The notes below the pieces were generated by a model, which saw only the letters and a list, made by a program, of their open reading frames with translations, searched no databases and was not told the DNA's origin. A stretch of DNA of 64,000 bases from Trichoplax sp. H2 (lineage: Eukaryota), in NCBI GenBank assembly GCA_003344405.1, contig NOWV01000172.1:62001-126000 (forward strand), given 5' to 3'. The translations under genes were made by a program, and so were the position numbers. Below, piece by piece: positions 53,167 to 64,000 of this stretch. Every line of letters begins with the position of its first letter. The stretch's first letter is position 1.

Positions 53167-55032
53167 GATTCTCCAATACAGATATTGTTGTTTTTGATTA
53201 ATTTATTTATTGCTTAAAGTGTTGGGGAGTGTCAACGGTGCAATGCGCCGACGTCAAATGAAGGTTTGCCTTTATATAAACTGCGGACGTTTGTCTACAG
53301 TACAATGGACTGTAGTCCACAGTGAAAATTACTGTAGACTACAGTACTGTACTGTACTAAAGGCAATTTGCTTGATACAGCAAAGTATCCTCACAATCTT
53401 CCGCTAAAACATTGACGAAGATTCAAGGATTGACTTGAAATCTTCACCTAAAACATTTTTATTGAAACATCAGTAGAAGTAACTGATATTTCAACATAGG
53501 TGATATCATAAGCAGTGGTATCAAGTCAGATAGGTTGCAAACCAATGCATTCCATGCTGTCGTTATTCAATTCAAATCTGGAAATGGAAGGTAGGATTAG
53601 CAATGTTGAAGGCGTTACAATGCGTGGATCCATTCAAAGAATAATTGGATTCAACATTGCATTGACGAATGGTCTGATGATGTAATTTCATGCAATCTAT
53701 AAATGAATAATCTGGATATTGAATGGTTGTTATTAGAATAATTCAAAATTTGAATAACTAAACATTCTGTACAGTACTTACTGTACAACTTCCGTGCATT
53801 ATTTGCATCAGAACATGAAAGTCTGGTATGATGTACAGTACTGTATATCATCATCACTAGTGGAGTAGTTAGTACATACTGTACTCAGTGTTGTGTATTG
53901 GTAGGTACATCGCACGGAGAAAGAGATTCTGGCAAAATGGACAGCCGGGCCCCTATTTTATAGACAGTAGGTGAGAAGCATGGACTCAAAAGGGCCGTTT
54001 AAAAGGAAAATAATGCAATTTTGTGCAATCTACTCATCTATACGATATCGATATTATAATATTGATTGATTTTCTTTTATGAGTTACTTAAGGTTTGCAT
54101 TCTGAATAATCATGATTGCAGTATGTTGGAATATTGTTATTAATTCCACTCAATATTGACGGTCAGTCGACGGTGGGGTTTGCAGTATAAAGTAAACGAT
54201 ACTTCCTGATGATCATACAGCATAATCTTTCCTTAGGATGATCAACTTTTCTTTGGCAATGGATGATTGCTGTAAAGTTCAACTTTTTCTCAGGCCAATC
54301 AAAAGAATACAGTGTGATATAAATGATCATACAGTATATTCGTATATCACGAGCGAGAGCTAGAGACCTTATCGTTACCGCTAACAGTACTCCATATCCA
54401 TCATCACATTTGGTGATTTAGTGGTAGATGATCTAGTCGTTGTAAGTTTGGAGAAGCAGAGAGATTTTATGGTACTGACATAATATTTGTATATTGAGCA
54501 CCTGGAGTTCAAAACAAAACAAAAATGTCCTATAAATATACAGTATAGTATAAAGAATTCATTCATGTCTAGCAGTTGATGGTAGAAGTGGAATCAATAA
54601 GTTAAGTGGAACATCTATTGTACTGTACATTCCATGCCAACAAAGACCTGAACCATGTGCTTACGTAGCAATCATCGATTGGACAGAGATAAGAAGTTGA
54701 TCATCCTAATTAGGTGGTATCGTACTGTAGACTACAGTATACAGTACTGTAGTCTACAAAAATAAATTACTCAGGCATGCTTATGAGAACTTCTTCTTTC
54801 CACACATAACCATTTTGATGAGTTTCGTTCTCAAAATGTCGCAAAACATTAGTGTTGATTTCTCTGAAACGAAAGGATCACGCTGCATAACTCAGTATAC
54901 AGTTTACAGTACTGCACTGTACTGTAGAACATCCGATCGATGCACTGCAAGTTGTCCGCAACCATATCTCAACACATTGTGGGTTGCAAAACCTGCGTGT
55001 TCATTATACCCTATATACAGTACTGGAAGAAC

Positions 55033-55205
55033 GGTTTGTGTTCACCTAGTCAACTTTCTGCCTGCCATTGTAGCTATTCAATTGCAATACATGAGGTCCG
55101 TAGTAAAATTACGTTGTTAGGCGGTATAGGTACAGTATAAGTGAGCTATCAGAGAGCTACTATTGCATAATGAGCCAAGCTTAGCCATGGCAATTATGCG
55201 ATTTA
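55033..55205 (-). pseudogene. Inverted, frameshifted partial copy of FDX2 exon 1
   Basis: From ATG 55188 (-), 49 of the first 54 nt are identical to FDX2 55822-55875. A ~10-nt insertion gives TAA at 55117-19. Similarity continues to ...aatggcaggcagaaag...aacacaaac. Confidence 0.85.
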
Positions 55206-55821
55206 CCGTTAGCTAGCTTTGCTTTTACCAAAGCAAAGCCAATTGCAAAGCTGATACTGACTTCTAGTACTGCCGTATGGACACTTATTGTACAGTCTAC
55301 ACTGCAGTGTCCTGCATAGTGCACTGCATACTCCAACTTGGCATTCGGCTTGAACAATTTCTGTCCTAACACAGTGTTTGTATAGCGATTGCACTCATTT
55401 CTGCTTCGAAAATCAACAATTGGATCGGGTTCGGCTTGCCTTTCCAGTTTCCACTCCATTGCAGCAACTGGTGTACAAGTGTACTGTACACTGTACACTG
55501 TACAGCATGGGGTCAAATGCTGTACTGTACAGTACAGTACAAAGCGAACACGATACAGTACAAATCACTCTGGGAGGATCCCGCTATGCAGTGTTCTACA
55601 GTATAGTACTGTACAAAACACAGTAATTCGCTATACTCTACGTATAGTATTCGCATGCTGGCCTACAGAAGGACAGAATATTTCTAAGGCTGCGAGACTA
55701 TGGTCAATCGATAGTGCTATCAATGTGTGGTGTATGGGTTTCGGGCACTGTTGCAACACCAGTAGTGCATCATTTGACTTGCAACTTGCAGCTTCTTACT
55801 CAGCTAAATCGCGGAATTGCA

Positions 55822-57086
<1,265 letters not shown>

Positions 57087-60000
57087 CGTATTTCATTTTT
57101 CAATCAATTCATTACATCATTTCGTTAATGTGTATTTAGTACTCTTATGTTGCTAACGGCATCAATATGCTACTATCAAAGTAATGCCGTCCCAGATTAA
57201 ATCAATTGAACTGTCAAAACTTTATTGGTATTTAAGGTGTAAATAATTTTCTAGTGTAATCAATTATTCGGATATGCTCTTGAATGAATTACTAGATATA
57301 TACATGCCTCGTGTTTAAAATTATCAGAAATAATTGAAATCTTAACGGCATGGTAGTGCTCATGAAATATCATCGCTACCTCATTAATCTTCATAAACCT
57401 GTAAATAGGATGGACAATGACGTTACTTTAAACTAATATTAGTTCATTAATTGGACAAGCAAGGCTTGCAAATTATTCCACCCAAAACGAATGATTATGG
57501 AATATTTTTATAACTCAAATCTCATTTCTAATGTTGTAACGGGATCTTTCAATCAATCAGCCTGATTTGAATCACTAGAGCTTGTTAATAATCTATAGAA
57601 ATCCTAGTAATTATTTATGCTATTTGCTGATCATATATGAATTATCACTTATCTTCTAGAACTTTCTTCACCACTATACGCAATAAACGTGCGCTTTTTA
57701 AAATTAAATATTTATATACGTTTAGATATAAAACAATTTAACGTGTCCTATATAGGCACGAATAAGGCTTATCTGGTCAATCTGCTGTGAATATTAGAAA
57801 AGTTAAAGATACGTAATCTATAGAATACACTCGAACGTATGTCTACTAAAATGGAATAACAAATTAACTTCAGCACAAGCTATTCCAGCATATAAACACA
57901 GTCCTCCAACGAATAATTGACTATGACAGCCGACTCCTTACCAATGTCTATACTTTAGAATAAAATAATACAACCTCCTAGCTTATACTACAAGCTACGC
58001 TCGATATATTGCAGGTCTATTGTCATTTATAAGTAAATTAGGCAGTATAATATCTGTAAATCCTTTTCTAGCGATCAATTAAGGCATATAAGAAACTTAC
58101 TATACCGCTGTACCATCCCCTTAAAATAGTAGGTAGTCTTATAAAGTACACTTTTGTACGAATGATATCCAAACATCAATATTAGTGAGTCGTTAATTCA
58201 TTTGGCTATTTGCTATACTGCAAATAATCTAGTTAAACCTAGCTCCCATTAGTGTATATGAACTCGACGGTCGTTAAACGCTTTAATCTACATGCTATTC
58301 TGTAGGCACTACAATAGTATTCTCATAGCGTAAAAATATACATATTCAGTGATATTCCTACGCAATCGAATCTTTGCTCATCATTATAAACGAAAAATTA
58401 TCGAATGCGAAATCATAATACTACTTATTTGCCAACTTCAAGGTAAATAAATTAAATATGCTGTTATATTAGTTGGTAAAACAGAAAATATGCTATTCCA
58501 TACGTAATAGCATCATTATTCTTATAATATTTAAATAAAATTGGCAACAAGACTTTGCTTATCTATCAAAGGAAAAGTTACGAAATACAAGAAGCTCGTC
58601 ATACTATCAAATTTTTGTCAATACTTATGTTGTTTGACTGTAAGTGTACCCCGGATTAACTGATAGCAGTACAGTTATCATGTTATTTTAAATCTATTAA
58701 GCGAATTTACTCTCAAATACGAGTACATAAAATATCCAATATTACTTTCACACATCTTTAATAGCCTTAAACCATTCGAATAATAGAAACTCGATACATT
58801 GCGAATGTTTACCACTCTTTGCTACTTGAATCATTTAAAACAGTACAATAATATGATAACCTTATAACGCATATAACATTGCACAGTTAAAGTGTTTCAT
58901 TTTCGAGAATGATTAATGTGTGATACTGATCAGAATCACTTGATCGCAACACACGTAATCTTATTAAAATCGAGCTACCAATAGCTATAAAAATAACTCA
59001 TTAGATACCTGAAGGCTAATTTATAATCTTAGTGTGGATGTATGCTTATATTGCCATGCGGGGGGGAGGGGATTTTTGACTTCTCATTGTCATTGAAGGT
59101 ATCTCATCACTTCAGCTTCTAGACTATCTTGTAGAAATATCACTCATGACATGTTTAAAACCAATATTTACTTGTTAGTACCTCAATTAGTAGCAAGTAA
59201 TGTTGCTCACTTATCCCGTTACAGCTTAAAAATATGGTACAATCAGTTAATTTCTGAGATAATGCAAGCATCCTCTTTGATTTCAAATCCTATATCAATT
59301 ATATCTTCTATTACTGTAACAGTCAAGCTATAATAATTAACGATCAGCGACGGGTTACGGACCAACTATGAATGCTACACCATTAGCAGCCCAAATAATT
59401 TCATTAAATGCAAAGTTGATCTACTGAGATGTTATCCTTGTAACTATTTCTAGCGTACTGTAAACATATTTTGATAAATCATTCGCTAGCCAAAGAAAAT
59501 TTCACTTTATCATGACCCTTACATCAAGTATATGCCCAATTTTAGTGCATAGACATAAAATAGATTAAGAGTTAGTGATTAATTATTTAAAACAAGGCGA
59601 TTATAATATATTCTGCAGGAAAAAATTGACGTATTTACCGGTATCTTGTAGTTATAGAAAGAAGAAAATATACAAATAGATTCAATTGATAATAACTACG
59701 TTACAGTCGAATCATAGCACAAGACTAAATTATACAATATGAAACATACAGTCGTAGGTGTATACGCTAATTAAATCAAGACGCTACAATATTATTGTTC
59801 ATCTCCTTCTACGCTAGTAAGGTGTGGTCTTAAAATGTAAATTAGTATGAATACAGCTAACAAAAACAGCATCGCTTGGTATCACAATTAGAATAGCTTG
59901 ACTGAATAGCCTATGTTAAAATGGCAATGCCTAGATATTATACTTAGAATAGCAAAGTAAGACGACGGAATAATCTCCATCAATAGCAAACAGCATCAAT

Positions 60001-60328
60001 TTAGAACAAGGAAGGATATGGTATGGATAGAAACTAGCCAGAATAATAGCACCTGATATGATTATAATTAGAATAACGCAGTAGAAAGATTCAATACCTT
60101 CATCAGAAGGTGATTTTGCTTTTCTTATTTTAGAGCAACTTATTAACATGGCTATCAAATTAATTAATAAAACATCACCTTGTTTCAATCAGAAGAACAA
60201 AGTGCAACAATTTAAATAGTCTCCATCAATAGGCAAAACAGCATCGTACCGGTATTCTCCTATTATAGTGCGAATATTTAAGGTATAAAAACTAGCATTT
60301 TACAAGTAAGACTTGTCGGGTATATTGA

Positions 60329-63300
60329 TCATAGCTCCGAAACTAGTACTTCCTTATTTTGATTCTTTAGACTAGTACGCTCTAACTCAGAAAAATCAAC
60401 ATCTTCATCGTCGTCATTTTCACTTGTATTTAAGTCTACACTTTGTGAATTTTGTTGTTCAGATTCTGTAGTCGGCTCTCCAGGTGTTTCACACAAGGTG
60501 GAATCTGAAGTTACTGTTGCAATACTAACTCTCCTAAGATCTACATCGGTTGAACAACCTTCTTCATCGTTCGTAGAATGTTGTTCATTTTTATCTGATA
60601 GATTATCGTGATCAAGTTGTTGATCCCCAGAGGACTGATTACTACGATCGGATTGGGTATGATGATTCGATTGATCATCATAATTTGACTGATCTTCAGT
60701 GTTGGGCTGATTATTCTGATCTTCAGTGTTGGGCTGATTATTCTGATCTTCAGTGTTGGGCTGATTATTCTGATCACGTTCAACAGCTACTTCAACGCAA
60801 ATATCCTTATTAGATTGTACTTCGGATGATTTTATTTCACAATTTTGCAGCTGATGATTCATTTCTTCAAGTTCATCTAAATTAGGTTTCTGGCGGCGAT
60901 GATTATAGCGAATTGCATCTTCAACTGATAATGTCCTGGTTGTAAAAGGTGTAGCTTGATCTGCTGGTTCGTTTTTGTCACAATTGCTACTGCTGCTCGA
61001 GAGTCGATTATCATTACCTGCTCCTTCGTCATCTAGAATTTTACCCTGCCGATTAACTATGATGGCCGGATTTACGCTTCCTCTAGTATTACGCCGTGGA
61101 TAATTGATGACATCAACGTTATCCTTATCCGAAAGTGGGTTACCGAGGAAACTATTCATGCCTCGTCTTTGCAAAATGGGAGACGGCGCTACTCCACGTC
61201 GGCTATCGATAAAACTTTTAATAAAGGCAATAGTTCCTCTTCTACCGCTCTATATCAAAATCATATTATAGTTTCACAAATAAAATTAAGTTTAAATATA
61301 TATAGGCTGTAGATCTTCTCCAATTATTTTTTGCTATTAGTAGAGCATTACAAATATGCTTTTAATACAAAGATTATAAAATACAGGTGACAGCTTCTCA
61401 CTTTTTGCTCAACAATATTAATATTGTATTAATCCGTGCATAATTCATTATTTCATATAAGGAATTATTTTTGATAGGTGTATGTAGGTAAGATTTTACT
61501 TCTTATTATACCGTGCGATTAAAGGGGTATTATTAACGAAGACTTCATATCAAGAAGAATTTCAATTTTGGCAACAGTTCCTTTCTGCCGCTCTAAGCGA
61601 TTCATACTGTATTATAAAGTCATATTTGACGTCTACATTTCTTAATTATAAGCCACAGCCTATCTATACTTCTATATAATTACTGCAATAGCTTATTCTA
61701 AACTAATGGCATAAATACATTGACATTAATTTCGTCACTATCAGTGGACTATGGATATTTATGTTGATTTATGTTTCATGTTAATACGGCTATTAAGTTC
61801 TAATTATAGCCTTCATATCAAGGAGTACAAAGCCTTGAAGCTGTACAAAAGCTATTTGTTTGCTAATCAAAGATAACATTCCTACCTTGACTAATAGTCT
61901 TTTACTTTCTTTCGTCATTTCCCATTCGGTAGTTTTAACATAGTAGGTGTTGATACCAACAGTCCTATAGAAATCGTCAGTCTAAATTGTAAATAAGGAT
62001 AGAAAATAATAATGGAAAATCCAAAGTTAGAAAAGACTAAATTCCGATCAGGTTTCATATCTTTTACTCCAATTAACTATCCTTTATTTACATATATATA
62101 TAAATCACTTTATACCCTAATAAATTTATTTTTGGTATTCATCAATATTGTTTCCTAGAAGAACAGGTGAAAGAATTCTTTACTTAATTAATCTCAATCA
62201 GAATTTGCATATGCATAAACATGAAAAAGAAGGAATAAAAGCATCCTACATATCTATATAATTTCTATCGCTATACAGTATTTCCTAGAATTACGTGTAT
62301 GTAGAAACTGATTCTTTTCAGCACCATCAAAATCGATAGATGCAGAAATCGACACTACTTTAATACAGTACCTAGTAACTACTATAATACGTACTATATA
62401 AATGTAATATATTTTCATATACGTTGCAAAATTTAAGTTAATTCTGATCGTAATACAATGATAGAACCAGTATCATATTTTTCAATTACCACTAAAGATC
62501 CAATATATTCTTTAGGGTCGCGAATGTCAACGCGATCATGACCCAATAAGACACTCTTTAAATCAATTCCCCTCTTTCGAACATAATTATACAATTCCCA
62601 TTCAGTAACCTATCCAAAAATATAGAATTATGATTTTAATAACGCCAGCTATTAAATTTTATAGAATTATTTTGATTTATTAGCTACTATTACTACTTAT
62701 AACGTAATAAAATCAATATAGCCCAGTAAATAAAATTAAAATTCGTGTGCATTTATTCGTAGGAGTACACGAGTAAAGCTTACGAATAAAAATAAAATCG
62801 GGGTTACTATTTCTATATGCTACGTAACGTCCAGGAAAAAAAAATAAGATTACTCGTAACTGTAAGATACTGTATATGAGTTGAAACATGAATAGTAAGC
62901 TTACCATGCCGTCATCATCAACATTGAGTTGATGTACAAATCTTCCGATCAAAAATTCTCTTGTAGCATCGGAGAATTTAGTTGGATCCTCGCTACATAA
63001 TATTCTTATGTCATCATCAACTAATTCCTCCTAATTAATAGCAATAACCAGACAATTTAATATCGGTCAATTGATATAACCATCCATCTAACTATAAATT
63101 TATATGGTACACGGTATCAATGGAACAGGTAGAGGCTGTATACTGATCACATTGCTAGTCTACACTAATAGTATATCATAAACACTTGAAATATCGAAAG
63201 TAATAAATTTTTGAGCATAGGATGAAATAATTTTAGATTTTGTAGTAGCTCTGATAAATTAATCAAGATAATTAGTACAACTGCAGCATTCCATGATTTA

Positions 63301-63775
63301 ATTGCTCATTCCAAATCTATTGATAAAACGAGGCAAAGTTAAAAATAAAGAATCAACCTATCTTGTATCCTATTTACCCGCTAAAAAGTATACTATATTT
63401 ACTAGACACAAACTAATCCTATCATAGTCAGCAGTAACATTTTTCCTTTCACCTGAGTTAGAACACTTTGTACATCAATCACGTCATAATATAATTCTTC
63501 ATATTTCTCCTTACTTTCGCTTAGAACCTATCAATGAAATTACAGTATTTTACAACATCAAATTTACCTTCGATTTATTAAATAGAATTTTAAGTCTATT
63601 ATCTCATCAAATATCGACTGCAGTACCCTTATAAGCAGTGGCATTTTATGCCAGTCTTTCAATACATAAAATATAATCAAATTAAATAGAATTGTAACGC
63701 AATTACCCCTATAACATCTCGAATAATAATTTCCACAGCTTTACTTTTTTGGCCTTGACTTAAGTAAGCCTCCTC
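60329..63775 (-). CDS. Unidentified multi-exon protein (3' part) with an EF-hand-like loop and a long acidic, low-complexity C-terminal exon
   Basis: Phase-0 exons at about 63775-63707, 63527-63453, 63030-62905, 62609-62490, 61981-61886, 61249-60329. The junction LNVDDDGM|VTEWEL forms an EF-hand-like loop. The 5' end is probably outside the window. Confidence 0.6.
60689..60775. repeat. In-frame 27-bp tandem repeat (three copies plus a partial) encoding DQNNQPNTE
   Basis: ctgatcttcagtgttgggctgattatt repeated three times identically, inside ORF 60329-61174. Confidence 0.95.
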
Positions 63776-64000
63776 CTATCAATTAAAGTAATGCAGCATG
63801 AAACTTTCCATTGAAATAAATATAATAAATTAACAAAATCGGAGGACGACATAGGATGTTCCATGCGATTGTCTCAAACAAGGTATTTTTTTCACATTTT
63901 TACATCAGTTATATCCCAGATGAGAATATCGATACTGGTATGCTTACGAAACTGATAATTTGATCTAGCTATATCTAATCTAGTTACATACCAGCCAATC

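Noticed and set aside
53807-53857. C/D box snoRNA-like motifs on the - strand (GTGATGA...CTGA)
   Set aside because: Too short, no terminal stem, and no convincing rRNA-complementary guide.
59859-60250. Short recurring motifs (tctccatcaatag...aaacagcatc) and hydrophobic ORF 59931-60188
   Set aside because: A small degenerate duplication in a probable 3' UTR. The ORF lacks an ATG start and splice support.

Overview
Eukaryotic, AT-rich, compact animal genomic DNA with many short spliceosomal introns. The style suggests an early-branching metazoan such as the placozoan Trichoplax; this is an inference. Manual exon stitching gives nine genes: GIPC (5' part, -), MAP3K1/MEKK1 (+), TESK kinase (-), FAM50/XAP5 (+), METTL16 (-), EPS15 (+), a cystathionine gamma-lyase-family enzyme (-), ferredoxin FDX2 (+), and the 3' part of an unidentified EF-hand-like protein (-). 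Non-coding features are a Tc1/mariner-type MITE, a four-copy repeat in the TESK/FAM50 bidirectional promoter, CAGTA/TACTG palindromic tracts at gene 5' ends, and an assembly gap with duplicated flanks. Most notable: (i) the CTH-like enzyme has lost the three residues that bind the distal end of cystathionine (E59V, R119N, E339V), a partly methionine-gamma-lyase-like pattern; (ii) an inverted, frameshifted copy of FDX2 exon 1 sits about 600 bp upstream of FDX2; (iii) a GC-AG intron decides whether EPS15 gets its UIMs; (iv) MAP3K1 lacks the central TOG domain; (v) two degenerate terminal-exon duplications. No CRISPR array, rRNA or tRNA was seen.
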